The notes: a model not told the origin generated them from the letters alone. A DNA stretch of 64,000 nucleotides from Rebecca billardiae RCC1528 (GCA_965240325.2 OZ251230.1:62001-126000); one strand, 5' to 3'. Counted from the first letter of the stretch, positions 47,283-60,419 are shown. Made by a program: numbers and translations.

Positions 47283-49415
47283 GCGCGGCTGCGCCCGCCA
47301 AGGGCGGCGGCAAGGCCGAGGGCGGCGGCAAGGGCGAGGGCGGCGCCGCAGCGCCCAAGCCGGCCGCCGCCGCCGAGCCGGCGGCGGAGGCGGCGCCGCT
47401 GCGCAAGGCGCTGCGCGAGGCCGCGCTCGCGTGCCTGCCGCCGCCCACCGAGCGCGCCGACGACGGGCGCGCGCGCCGCACCAAGTCGCGCGTCAAGTCG
47501 GTCTCCGAGAAGCTGGGCTCTGTGCACGTGCACGCGGACGAGGCCGAGAGCGGCCCGTTCTGCGCGCACCTGCTCAACGCGTTCCGCACGTACGCGGTGC
47601 CGGCGTGCTCGGGCGAGCTGCTGTACGACGCGCGCGGCGACGACTCGCACGACAACTACTGGCCGTGCTCGCGCGAGCCCGCGCTGCTCGAGTGCCCAAA
47701 GGTGATGCGCGACGCGTGGCGCGTCGCCCTCGCGACGCTCTTCCTCGCGCTGCGCTCCGACTCGGACCTGGTGTTCCACGCGCCGCAGAGGCTGCGCCGC
47801 GTGTTCGAGGCGTGCGTCAAGATCCGCGCGGCGGGCGCGAGTGTGCACGTCACGCTGCACCTGCGCGCCGCGCTGCGCCAGCTCGACGCGGACGTCTCGC
47901 TGCTGCAGGGCGACCTCGGCCCCGCGGCGCGCGCGGGGCCGGGGCGCAGCCGACCGCGCGAGGCGGAGTCGGTGGACAACCTGAACGCGCTGCTGAGCGT
48001 GCACGAGGCGAAGGCGCAGGTGGCGCTGGACGAGGGCGCCGCGCCGCCGCGCCGGCCGTCGCTCTTCTCGGCGAGCGCGCTCTCGCGCGCGCTCGGCGCG
48101 CCCGAGCTCGGCTTCAAGGCGTTCCGCACGCACTGGTCCGCGCCCGCCACGTGGCTGGTGCTGCCGCTGATCGCGGGCAACTTCCTGCCGATCGTGCGCT
48201 TCAAGGTGTTCGCGCTCGGGCTGGGGCTGTTCGTGCTGCAGTCGTGGCCGTGGCTGCAGCGCCGCATGTACGCGATCCCGCTGGCGGCGCGCACGCAGGA
48301 GCTCTCCTTCTGGCAGCTCGCCCTCGCCGAGGCGTCCATGTGCGTGTTCGAGGGCTGCGTCGACCTGGTCATCTTCACGAGGCACGACGCGTGGCCCGCG
48401 CTCAGCGCGCTGCGCGAGCGCGGGCTGTGCGCCACGCTGCGCGCCGCGACGGGGCGCGACGCGGTGCTGGCGTTCACGATCGCGGCGCTGCGCGCGGCCA
48501 ACCAGCTGCTCGCGCTCGCCTTCATCCTCGCCGTCTGGCCCGCCGGGCTGCACGACGAGGGCCCGCTCCGGCCGTTTGGCGCGCTCGCGACCGACGAGCC
48601 CGCCGCGGTGGGCGCGCCGCGCGTCTCGCGCGGCTCGGCCGTGTTCGTCGCGCTCGGCGGGCTGCGCGCGCTGCTGAACGTGGCCAAGCTCGTGCTGCAG
48701 CGCATGCGGCTCAACCAGCTCGCGCAGTCCGGCTGGCAGAACGCCGCGTCCTTCCTCTTCTTCTCCGCGTTCACCGTGCTGTCGGTGCTGTGGGAGGCGT
48801 GGGTGATCGTGCCGCTCGCGCTCTCCTTCTCCGTCTCGCAGACGTGCGGCTGCAAGGACTTCCGCGGCGAGGAGAGCGGCGCGCTGCCGTGGTGCACCGC
48901 GTCGCAGGGGCTGATGGCGTGCGGCCTCGCGGTGTACTCCGCGTGGATGCTCATCCTGATCACCTTCCTCATCACCTCGCAGTACATCTTCGTGCTCGTG
49001 CTGTGCGTGTTCGGCTACTTTGAAGGCACGCGCCGCTCGGTCGGCTCGGTCAAGCCCAAGCGCGTGCTCTTCTCGGCGGGCCGGCGGCTCTTTGGGCTGG
49101 CCGAGCTCACGCGCCGGGGCGAGGAGTCGCACGCGCGGCTGAGCGACGGCGACGCGATCTGGCAGCGGATGGTCGCGCACATGCGCGAGTCCGACCTCCT
49201 CTCCGACGCCGAGGCGGACGAGCTCGGCGGCCACACGCGCGCGATGCGGCGCGCGCTCGACGCGCTCGGCGCGGACGGCGCGCGCGCCGAGCGCGCCGTC
49301 GAGGGCGCGCGCCCGTGGCTGGGCGCGCTGGGCGTGGAGACGCTGCTCGGGCTGGCGCAGGCGAGGATGGTGGGCGTGGACGAGGCCGAGCCCGCCCTCG
49401 ACGCGCTGCTCCAGC

Positions 49416-49446
<31 letters not shown>

Positions 49447-52400
49447 CGGGCCGCCGAGCGCGCCGCCCGGCGCGCCGCCGCCGCCCGCCGCCGCCGCCGG
49501 CTCGGGCGGCGAGGACGTGCTCGGCCACTTCCGCGCGCTGCGCGACGCGTTCCGCTCGTGGCACGTGGTGCGGCTGCGCGTGGACAGCGCGCAGGACTAC
49601 CTCGCCTTCTTCCTCGGCTCGCTCGACGCGCTGGGCCTCGTCGGGCGCGCGAAGCTCAACTGGTCGGCGCACACGCGCCCGCCGCTGACCACGCTCATCC
49701 CCGCGTACGGCGAGACCGTGCTGCTGTCCGAGGAGGACCTGCGCGGCGCGGACGAGATCGGGATGAGCAAGCTGGAGGTGCTCGCCGAGATGTACCCCAT
49801 CGAGTGGTGCAACTTCGCCGAGCGCGTCGCGCGCGAGTGGGGCGCGAGCGCGGCCGCGGCCGCCGCGGCCGCGGACCGCCGGCAGCGCGCGTCGCAAAAG
49901 AAGCTGAGCGCGCCGCAGCTCGCGCACGCGGCGAGCGAAGCGGCGCGCGCGAGCGCGCTGGGCAACGGCACGTTCGCCTCGGTGCTGCTGCGCGAGTTCG
50001 TCGCGGGTGGCGGCCCCACGCTCACCGCCCTCGCCGACGGCCGCCCCGCCGCCTCGCTCGGCCTGTCCATCCGGCTGTGGGCGTCGTACCGCCAGCAGAC
50101 GGTCGCGCGCACCGTGCGCGGCGCGGTGCTGTACCGCCAGGTGCTCGCCGACGTCTTCGCGCTGGACGCGGGGGCGGGCGGCGGGTGGGAGGGCGAGGAG
50201 GCGGGCTCCGCCGCCGCCGCCGCCGCCGCCGCCGCGCGCGCGCACGCCGCCTCCAAGACGCAGGTGCTCCTCGCGCACCAGCGCTACTCGGTGGACGGCC
50301 GCGTGCGGCAGGACGTCGACCTGCTGCTGCGCTCGCACGCGGGGCTCGAGATCGTGTACGACCTCGCGCTCCCCGAGGGCGGCGAGGCGCGCGGCGGGGT
50401 GAACGCGCTGCTGCGCTCGACGCTCAGCCAGATCGCCGAGCGCCTCGGCGGCGCCGCGCCCGGCGCGGACAGCGCGGACGGCGCGCCGCCGCCCGCCAGC
50501 GCGCCGCCCGCCAACGCGGCGCACGAGGACGTGGTCGCGTACGCGCGCGCGCACCCGGCCGCCGGGCTGCTCGTCGACGGGGGCTCGCGGCTGCGCGGCG
50601 GCGTGGCGGTGCAGCACGCGTCGGTGTGCGTGCGCTTCGGCCCCGACGGCCGGCGCGAGGTCCTCGCCGTCCTCCCCCGCCGCCGCGCCCTCGTGCCCAA
50701 CGCGCGCTACGTGCGCGACTGGACGAGCGCGCGCTTCTCGGGCAAGGCGTGCAACCTGCGCAACGGCGCCTACTTCGTGCGCGGGCAGGTGGTGCAGGTG
50801 ATGGACGCGAACATGGACTGCAAGTACGGCGAGTACCTCAAGATGTCGTGGCTCCTCGAGAAGTTCGGCGAGCGCGGCACCCGCCTCGTCGGCTGCCGCG
50901 AGGCCATCTTCACGCGGTACGACGGCGCGGTCGGCCGGCACGCCGCCAACGCCGAGTGGACGTTTGGCACCATCTTCCAGCGCGTGCTCGCCACGCCGCT
51001 CAACATCCGGCTGCACTACGGCCACCCGGACTTCTTCGACGCGGACTGGCTCCGCCGCGCGGGCATCCTCGCCAAGGCCTCCCCCGTCGTGCACCTCAAC
51101 GAGGACGTGTTCGCCGGGTACGAGCTGCTGCGCTCCGCCGCAAAGTCGGAGCACCGCGACTTTGTGCAGTTTGAGAAGGGGCGCGAGGTCAACTTCGTCG
51201 GGATGAACGCGTTCGAGGGGAAGCTCGCGCTCGGCGCGATCGCGCAGTGCCGCACGGCGGACGTGTACAAGCTCAACCGCGAGCTGGACATCTGGCGCCA
51301 GGCGATGCTCTTCCACTCCTCGCTCGGCTTCTACCTGACGCAGGCGCTGTCCGCCTTCTCGGTGTACCTGTTCGTGGTCGTGTACGTGCTGCTGGCGCTG
51401 GCGCACATCTCGCTCGACGAGCTGCGCCAGCTCGAGATCGCGCTGGGCACGGAGTGGTGCGCGCGCGCGCGCGCGCGGCGGCGGCGGGCGCCACCGCCAC
51501 CGCCACTGCCACCGCCACCGCCACCGCCGCCACCGCGCGGCACGCTCTCTCTTGCCTCGCGCGCGCGCGCCCGCTGCTGAGCGCGCCGCCTGCGCCCTCC
51601 CTGCGCGCCCTCCGTGCGCGCGCGCGCGCGCGCCTGCCGTGCGCAGGGTGCTCAACATCGGCTTCTCGCTCGTGCTGCCGCTGTTCACCGAGCTCGCCCT
51701 CGAGCGCGGCGCTCTGCCCGCCCTCTCCGAGGTGCTCTTCCACCTGCCCGTCTCCACGTGCCTCTTCGTGTTCCACCTGCAGACGCGGCTGCACACGATG
51801 GCGATGGGCAGCGCCACCGGCAAGGCCGACTACGCCAACACGGGGCGCGCGGGGCCCGAGACGCGCAAGACGCTGCTCGAGCTGTACACGCTGTACTCGC
51901 GCTCGCACTACCACCCGGCCGCGTTCCTGCTCGTCCTGCTCGTGCTGCACCGCGTCCTCGTCGCCGACGCCGCGACCGAGTCTCTGCCGCTCGCGTTCAT
52001 GTGGTTTGCCGCGTGCGACTGGCTGCTGGCGCCCGTGCTCTTCTCGCCGATGCCCACCTCCACGTCGGTGATCCGCGACTGCAAGGAGCTGGCGCTCTTC
52101 ATCTCGCGCGGCTTCACGCCGCTCTCCGTCGACGGCTGGTGGGACCTGAGCAAGCCCGAGGTGCGCGACGCCGTCGAGTACCTCCGCGCGCCCGACGCGG
52201 CGGGCCTCGCGCCGGCCGAGCGCGCGGCGCTGCGGGGCGCGGCCGCCAAGCTGAGCGCCGCCGCGCTGTCCGAGCACAAGATGCAGAGCCTCTCGCAGTG
52301 GGTGACGCACGAGCTGCGCGACGAGCTCGAGCACCTGTACCGCCTCTCGCCGCGCGACGCGTACGTCGAGATCATCCGCCGGCTCTGCCTCTCCGCCCTC

Positions 52401-53407
52401 TCCCTCGCCGTGATCGTGCTCGTCCTGCCGCCCGCCGCGATCGCGGTGGCAGTGCACTCGCTGCTGGGGTGGGCGGCGCACCAGGGCTGGGCGCACGTCG
52501 CGGGGTACCTGCTCGACTCGGCGGACTCGAAGCTCACGGCGCGCGAGCGGCGCGGCGCGCGCGGCTCCGCGGCGCGCGGCCTCCTCGCCCCCGCCATCCG
52601 GCACACGCCCTCCGTGCTCGCGCTGGGCGTGTACGTGGCCGTCCTCGGCTGGTCGCTGCCCACGCCTGCGGTCGCGCCCAGCGTGAGCGCGGCGCTGCTG
52701 TCGTTGCTCTGCGTGCTCGCGCTCGCGTACCAGATCGAGCAGGTGCGCGGCGCGCGGGCGCACGCCCTCCCCCGCCCCGCGCGCGCGCCGCCTGCACGCC
52801 CTGGCGTCACGCGCTCCCCGTGCCCCCTCCTCCGTGCGCGTGCTCAGGTGAACCTGATCCTGGCCTTCCGCGCACACCGCGCGGCGCCGGCACACACGCC
52901 CGCGCCGGGCGAGATGCCGGTGGTCTCCGCGTTCGAGGACGTGAACGTGCTGCACAAGGTGCGGCGGCGCTACCCGCAGCACTACGTGATGCGCATGGTC
53001 GGCGGCTTCATCCTCGGCGTGCAGGTGTGCGCCCACCGCGCCGCGCGCGCGCCCGCCCGGCCGCGCCGCCCGCCACGCGCCCGCGCCGCGCGCTCAGCTG
53101 CGGCGCCCGGCGCGCGCGCGCGCGCCCGTGCGCGCAGGGCGCCCTCGCCTTCTTCCTCGTCGTGTTCGAGCGCGTGCACACGAGCGTGCTGCTCACCAGC
53201 ATGGTGGCGGAGGCGCGCTCGCAGCAGCGCGTCGGCCGCGGCCACGTGCTCGACCGCGCGTGGCTGCAGCACGTGGAGCGCGAGAAGGCGCGCGCAAAGG
53301 CGCGCGCCATCGTGCCCGCACGGCCCGTGCCGCCCGCGGCAGAGGCGCCGCGGGCGAGCTACCTGTACAGCCGCAAGCCCGCGCAGTCATCCGGCGCGCG
53401 CGCATGA
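45974..53407 (+). CDS. Clan GH-A glycoside hydrolase fused to GT48 (FKS-type) 1,3-beta-glucan synthase; exons 45974-51456, 51647-52742, 52848-53024, 53138-53407 (~2341 aa)
   Basis: GH motifs RDLPLIRAMGATHIRL, WLLGNEPN, LLITEFG and GGAVFEWSDEWWK. GT48 motifs LIPAYGE, YPIEWCNFAER, RLWASYRQQTVARTVRG, REAIFT, RLHYGHPDFFD, HLNEDVFAG, KGRE and FEGKLA. Both domains are in one exon. Confidence 0.88.
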
Positions 53408-53784
53408 CCTCGCGCTGCGCGCACGCACGATTTGCTCGACGGTATTAGAACCCTAACTCAGGCAGGCGACATTAGTCTCAATTGACGATGACAATCAGTC
53501 AATCTGCTGATGCCGACGACTTCATTCGTTCAATCATCAATTGTCATTCGTCGTCGACATCGCGCAACAAAGTCCTGCTGCCGACCTGGCGCGTTCGGCG
53601 GGCGGGTCACTTGCTGGCTTGCTCGCGCGACACTGGCCAGTCGCCCGCCAACCGGCGGCGGCGGGGCGTGCGACCGCGTGCACATCGCGCGCGCGTCGTC
53701 GGCGCGCAGCTGGCCGGCCGCGCCGCGTGCGCTGAGCGCGTGCGACGGGGCGTGGCCGCGTGTTTCGTGTCGACCCGCGGCCCG

Positions 53785-55769
53785 ATGCAGCCCGCGTCCG
53801 CCGAGGCCGTCGCCACGGCGGCGCTGCGCGCGCTGCTGCGCGGCGAAGTGCAGGCGGAGGCCGTGTGCGCGTGGCTGCATGGCGCGCACGCGCCGGCGCC
53901 GTTCGACGGCTGCGGCGACGCGGAGCGCGTCGCGTTCGCGAGGCGCATCGTCTCCTTCGTCGACGAGGAGTCCGCGCGCTTCGCCGCCGCTGCGCCGCCG
54001 CCGCCGCCGTCGCAGCCGCCGGCCGCGGTCGCGCAGTCGAGCGCGCCGCGTCAGCCCGCGCCGCCCGCCGCGGCGTGTGCGCCGCGCGCCCCGCAGCGCG
54101 TGTACGAGGACGAGTTCCCCACGCTCGGCGCCGCGCCGGACCAGCCGCCGCGTCGGAGCAAGCCCGCCGGCCCCAAGGCGGCCGGGCCGAAGCGCAAGCT
54201 CAGGCCGACGCCGCTCGAGCCGGCACCGCAGCCGCCGCAGCCGCAGCAGCCAGGCGGCGCGCCCAAGCCGGCAGCGCCACGGCAGCAGGCTGCGCTCGTG
54301 CGGGTGGCGGCCGACGGCGCCGCCGAGCGCGCGGGCGCCGGGCGGCCGTGCGCCGTGGGTGCCGGCGCACCGCATGCCTGCTGTGCCCCGGGCGCAAAGG
54401 CCGCAGCCGCGCCGCCTGAGCTGCGCGCGCAGCCGGCGCCGGCCGGCGCGCACGGCGGCGATGCTCCTGCGCCCCGCGCGTGCAGCCCGCCAGGCGCCGC
54501 GCGCACGCGCGCGGATGCGCCCCCGCCGCCGCGCGCCGCCGGGCCCTCGGCGTCCCTCGGCGCGCGCGCGGACGCGAGCGCCGCACAGCGCGCCGCCCCG
54601 CGCCCAGACGAGCCTGCGAACGTGCCGGACGCGCGCCCGGCGGCGGCGGCGGCGGCGGCCGTCGAGGCGGAGTGGCCCGCGCTGGGCGGCGCGGCGGGGC
54701 CAGTGCACGGCCGCCGCCGCCGCCTCGACCTCTCGGACGCGCGCACGCAGCAGGTGGCGGGCAGCGCGGGCGGGCAGCCAGGCGCGGTCGGTGCGAGCGC
54801 ATGCGGCGCGGCCGCATGCGCGCCCGCGGCCGACGCGCCCGCGGCCGGCGACGGCGACGGCGCTGCGCAGTGCGCGCGAGCAGGCGGCGCGGGAGCGGTG
54901 GCGGCGACAGCCGGGACCGCCACCGGCGGCGACGACGCGCTCAGCGGCGGCACGGGCGCGGGGCCAGCCAGCTCAGCGGGCGTGGGCGCGAGTGCGGGCG
55001 GCGGCCGCGCAACCGGCGCCGGTGGCGGCGGGAGCGGCGGTGGCGGCCGCGTGGCGGACGTCGCGCCGGACGCGGAGCACGACGAGCCGCTGAGCCGCGT
55101 GCCGCGCGCGGCCGAGCTCTCTCGCCTCGCGCTCGCGCACGCGGCCGCGCTGCAATCGGCGCGCGCGTGCGCGCCCCTGCTGCCCGCGCTCGCGTCGGCC
55201 GCGCGGCTGCTGCGCGCGGCGCAGGAGCCGCACGCACACGCCGACGGCGCGGCGGCGGCGGCGGCGGCGGCAGGCGACGGCGCGGTTGGCGCGCGCGGCG
55301 AGGCGCTGGGCGGCGCGCCGGCGGGCGCCGCCGCGTGCGCGCCGGACGCGCGGCGCCGCGCCCTCTTCGTGAGCGCGCGCGCGTGCCGCGCGTACGGCGC
55401 CGCTGTGCTGTGTGCATGCGAGCACCTCGCGCTCGCGCTGCCCGCGCGGCTGCTGTCGAGGCTCGCGGCGGAGGGCGCGCTGCGCGCGGCGGAGGGCGGC
55501 GCAGAGGCGTGCGCGCGCTTCGCCGCCGCCGCGCGCGAGGCGCACGCCGCCGCGCGCGCGCACGCGCACGCGCACACGCTGAGCGTCGGCGGGTCTGGCG
55601 GCTTCAGCCGAGCGGCGCCGCGCGCGGCCGCGCGCGCGCACGAGCACGACGCAGCCGCGGCGCGCGCGCTCGCCGCGCCGGGGAGCGCGGAGGCGCTGCT
55701 GGCGCAGGGGCGCGAGGAGCTGCGCGACGCGTTCCTCAACCTCGCGCGTGACTTTGTGGCCGGCGCGCT

Positions 55770-55811
<42 letters not shown>

Positions 55812-56019
55812 GCGCGCGCGCGCGGGCGGCCGCGGCGCGCGCGGCGCCGCGGCGGACGGCGGCGCGCACGCGCTGCGCGCGCGCTCGCACGAGCTGCTCG
55901 CGCGGCTGCACGAGATCGCCGCGGACGTGGGCAACCGCGCGATGGCGCAGGCATCGCGTGCGTCCGCCGCCGATGGCGCCGGCGCCGGCGGCGACGCCGG
56001 CGCGGGGCCCGGCACGGGC

Positions 56020-56057
<38 letters not shown>

Positions 56058-59000
56058 TGACGTGTCGCGCGCGCTCGAGGGGCGCGTGTGCGACGCGCGC
56101 GCGGCGCTGCTGCACTGGCTATGCGCCTCGCTGCTCGAGACCGAGTACGTCGCGGCCGCGCTGCAGGCCGCCGACGCCTCCGCGCCCGCCGACGGCCGCC
56201 CCGGCGCGCGCGAGCGACGGCTCGAGGCGCGGCTGGCCGGGCGCGCGCCGCGCGAGCTCGGAGGCCTCGCGCTGCCGCCGTGCGCGTCGCGCGCCGAGGC
56301 GTTTTTCTTCTGCTTCGTCGGGCTGAGCGACTCGCACGCGCTGCTGCGCGCGCTGCTGCACACGGGGCGCGAGGCGCTGCGCGACTGCCTCGCCGCGGGC
56401 GCGCGCGCGCCGCCGAGGGCGCGCGCGGACGCCGAGCGCGGCGGCGCGGCCGGCGCGGCCGCGGACGGCGGCGCGGCCGCGGCCGGCGCGGCCGGCGGCG
56501 CGCCGCCCGAGTACGGCGCCGAGCGCGAGCTGCCGCTGGCCAAGTGGTCGGCCGAGGCCGAGGCGCTCGCGCGGCTCGTCGCGTTCGTCACGAGCTGCCT
56601 CGAGCAGAACTGCATGCCGTGGGCGGACGCGCCGCCGCCGGCGCACGCCGCCGCGGGCGCCGACGGGCGCGCGGCGCGCGGGTGCGGGTGCGGACCCGCC
56701 GAGGGCGAGGCCGGAGCGGGCGCGGCCGAGGAGGCGCGCCCGGCGGCGCGCGCGCGCGGCGCCGACGCCGAGGCGGCCGACGGCGGCGGCGGCGCCGAGG
56801 CCGAGGGCGCGGCGGCGGAGGCGGGCGCGGCGGGCAGCTGGCTCGCGCGGCCCCCGAGCCTGCGCGCCGCGCACAGCGCGGGCGGGCACAGCTTTGGTTC
56901 GGCCGCGCCCGCCGGCGCCGGCCCGCTGTGCTGGTGGCGGCCTTGGGAGCACCTGGCGCACCACGCGCGCCAGGCGCGGGCGCAGCAGCACACAGGCGCA
57001 GCGGGCGCGGCGCCGGACGCGTGGCTGGGCGCGCACCTGCTCGTCGCCGCGGGCGCCACCGCGCGGTACGCGCAGACGGCGCACGGCGCCTCCGCGGCGC
57101 TGCGGCGCGAGCTGGACGGCGGCGGCGGCGGCGGCGCGGCGCACGCCGGGCCGTTGGGGCGCGCGCTGTGCGAGGCGTGGGCGCTGCTCGCCTCGGCGCT
57201 GCCCGAGGGCGCGGCGGCGGCGGCGCGGTGCGCGCACACCCCGCCGCTGCTGCTGCTCCGCGCACACATCGACGCGGCCGCCGCGGCGCTCGGCGCGCGG
57301 TTGCCACCGCCGCCGCCGCGCGAGGCAGGCGGCGGCGCGGCGGCTGCGCACGACCGGGCGGACGCGCGCGCCGCGCCGCCGCCGCCCGCGACGCTGCTGC
57401 TGCGCGCGCAGGCGGCGGACGTTCTGCTCGGCTGCGCCCCGCTGCGCGACGCGCTGTCCGCGCTCGAGGCGCGCACCAACCCGAGCGCTCAGCACAGGCC
57501 GCACAGGCCGCAGCCGAGGCGCGTGGCCGCACTCTGCGTCGAGAGCGCGGCGAGCGCGCCCGCCGCAGCCAGTGGCGCGCCCGCGGCGCGCGACGCGGCC
57601 GCGGCTCCGCCCGGCGGCGGTGCGCTTGGCGCCGAGGCGGCGGGCGCGAGGCCGGTGGACACGCCGAGCGCGCTGCCGCCGCGCCACGCTGCGCTCGGGA
57701 GCGCGCGCGCCACGCCCTCGCCCGTGAGCGCGGCGGCGGCACCCGGCGCGTGCGCGCTGGGCGTGGGCGGCGGCGCGCGCGCGCTGCTCACGCCCTGCCT
57801 GGGCTCGCCGCTCGCCTCGCCGCTGCCGGAGCGCGCCGGGCTCGGGCTGCACACGCCCTCGCCCGAGCCACTGCGCGCGGGCTGCGCGGCGAGCGCGGCG
57901 GCGCAGCAGCAGCAGCAGCAGCAGCAGCGGCTGCAGCAGCAGCTGCTCACGCGGTGCGCGGCGCGCGCCTTCGTGCGCACCGCACCGCACCGCACCGCAC
58001 CGCACCGCACCGCAGCACCGCAGCACCTCCTCGGCCGCGCGCGCGCATCGGCTGACGCGTGCCCTCCGCGCCCCCGCCGCCCCTGCCCCGCAGCTACCCC
58101 GCCCTGGCCAAGCTCGCGGACGACGTGCTCGCCCTGGTCGCGCCCGACGCGCTGCAGTCCGCCCTCGATGCGCTGGGCGCGCACGCGCCGCCGCACGCGT
58201 CGCACGCGCCGCTCGGCGGCGGCGGCGGCGGCGGCGGCGCGGCGGCCGACGGCTGCCGCGCGGGCGGCGGCGCGGGCGGCGCGGCCGCCGCCACGGGCGG
58301 GCCCGAGTGCGGCGCGCGCGCGCAGCCCGGCGCGAGCGGCGCGGGCGGCGGCGGGAGCGGCGCGCAGGCGCTCGCGGCGCGCTTCGCGCGGGAGAGCGCC
58401 GCCGCGATGGCGCTGAGCGCCACGCCCACCGCCGCGGACGTGGCGGCCGTCGGCGAGCGCGCGCTCGCGGCGGCGGTGGCGGAGGCGTCGGCGCGCGCGT
58501 ACGCTGACGCGTGCGCGCGCGTGCGCGCCGGCATCGAGGCGCTCGCCCCGCGCTGCGCGCTGCACCGCGAGGTGGTGGCGCAGGTGGTCGCGGTCGCGTG
58601 CGAGCGCGCGCGCGCGTGGCTGGGCGCGCGCGCCGCCGAGTGCGTCGACGGCCGCCTCGGCGCTCACATGCCCAGGGCGGCCGCGGCCGCGGCGCGCGAG
58701 GCGCGCGCGCGCGCGGAGGCGCGCGGCGCCGCCGAGCGCGGCGCCGCCGAGCGCGGCGCCGCCGAGGGCGCGCGCGCGCTGGGCGCCGTGCGCCGCGCCG
58801 CGTCGCTCGACGCGGCCGCGGCCCTCTTCGCGGACAGCGCCGACGGCGCGCACGCGCCCGCAGCCGCCGACGGCGACGCGCCGCGCGACGAGCGCGCGTG
58901 CGCGAGCGCCCGGCCACCCCTGTCCGCGCGCCGCGCGAGCTGCGCGTGCGCCGGCGGCGGCGGGAGCGGCGGCGCGGCGTGGCGCGCGCCGCCGCCGCCG

Positions 59001-60419
59001 TCGCCGCCGCCGCTCCCGCCGCCGCCGCCGCCCGCCATGCGCACGCGGCTCCTCGACGATTCGTGGCGGCTGCTCCTCGCCACGGCCGAGCTCGCGCGCA
59101 CCGCCGCGCGCGCCGCTGAGCACGGCGACGGCGGGCGCAGCGGCGGCCAGCTCGGCCGCGCGGCGGAGGAGAGCAAGGCGCGCGCGCGCACGGAGGCGCT
59201 GCTGCGCGGGCTCGAGGCGGCGGCGCTCGAGGCGGCGCGCGGCTCGGGCGCGGGCGCGGCGGCGGAGGCGCTCGCGCCGTGGGCACTCGCGTGGGACGCG
59301 CACGGCGCCCCCACCGCCGCTGCCGCCGCCTCGCCGCACACGCCGGGCGCGCTCGGCGCGGCCGCGGCCGCGGCGGGGCCGGCCTGCCCCGCGTCGCCGC
59401 TCGGCGGCGGCAGCGGGCGCGGCGGCGGCGGCGGCGGCGGCGCCATGGGCTCGCCCGCGCCGGCCGGCGCGTGCGCGGACGCGGAGGGCGGCGGCGCGGA
59501 CGCGTGCGCGCCGCCGCTGCCCTCGCCCGCGCGCTCCGCAGGCAGCGGCGGCGCCGATCGGCCGAGGCCGACGCCGCCGCCGCCGCTGCCGCAGCGCGTG
59601 GCCACCCTCGGCCTGCTGAGCGCGTGCGCGCTGCGGCAGCACTACGCGCCGCGCGCGCCCGCGCCCGGCCGCGCGGCCGGCTCGCCGCCCGCGGCCTCGC
59701 CGACGACCGCCGCCGCCGCCGACGCCGCGCCTGTCGCGCGCCCGCCGAGCGTGGGCGCCGCGCTCGCGCGCGTGTGCGCGCTGCTGCCGCTCGCGCTCGG
59801 CGGGCGCGCGGCCGAGCCGTGCGCGCTCGTGCTGCTGCTGCTGCGCGCCGCCGACAGCGCGGCGCACGCGCTCGGCGCAGCACACCCACCCGACGGCCGC
59901 GCCGAGCGTGGCGGCTGCGGGCCCGTGTGCTCCGCGTCGTCGGGCAGCTCGGCCGACTCCGACGCGGAGGCCGGGCCCGTGGCGGCGGAGGGGCGCGCCG
60001 GGCCGTGCGCGCAGAGCGGCGGCAGCCCTGCGCTCGGTGCCGCCGAGTGCGCGACGCCGCTGCCGCGCGCGCACGGCGCGCACGGCGCGGCGCACGCCCC
60101 GCGAGCCCGACGCCGCCGCCACAGGCCGCCTTTGCGCCGCGCGCTCGGCGCGGTGCTGGTGTCGCTGGCCTCGGGCCCGGCGCCGCTGCTGCCCGCTCCG
60201 CTGCTCGCGCACGTGTGCGCTGAGTACGTGCGGGGCGCGTGCGCAGCCCCGCCGGGCGCTGGCGCGGGGCGCGGCGCGGCGGGCACGCGCGCACACCCCT
60301 TGCTGCTGCGCGCGCTCGCCGACGCGGCGCGCGCGCACACGCGCGCGCTGCGCGGGCAGCCAGGGCGCCTGCTCGAGTGGGGCGCCCTCGTGGCCGCGCT
60401 CGCGGCCGCGGATGAGTAG
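53785..60419 (+). CDS. Codanin-1 (CDAN1/Discs lost)-like protein, heavily expanded with Ala/Gly; exons 53785-57953 and 58094-60419 (~2164 aa)
   Basis: Colinear matches to remembered codanin-1 blocks: LRALLRGEV..AVCAW, EDEFPTLG, KRKLRPTPL (B-domain-like), RDAFLNLARDF, RRLEARL, FFFCFVGLSDSH, LARLVAFV and YPALAKLADDV. Confidence 0.6.

Noticed and set aside
45890-51823. 1977-aa antisense ORF, and similar ones at 37695-42890 and 56119-60552
   Set aside because: Antisense mirrors of real genes with no domain motifs.
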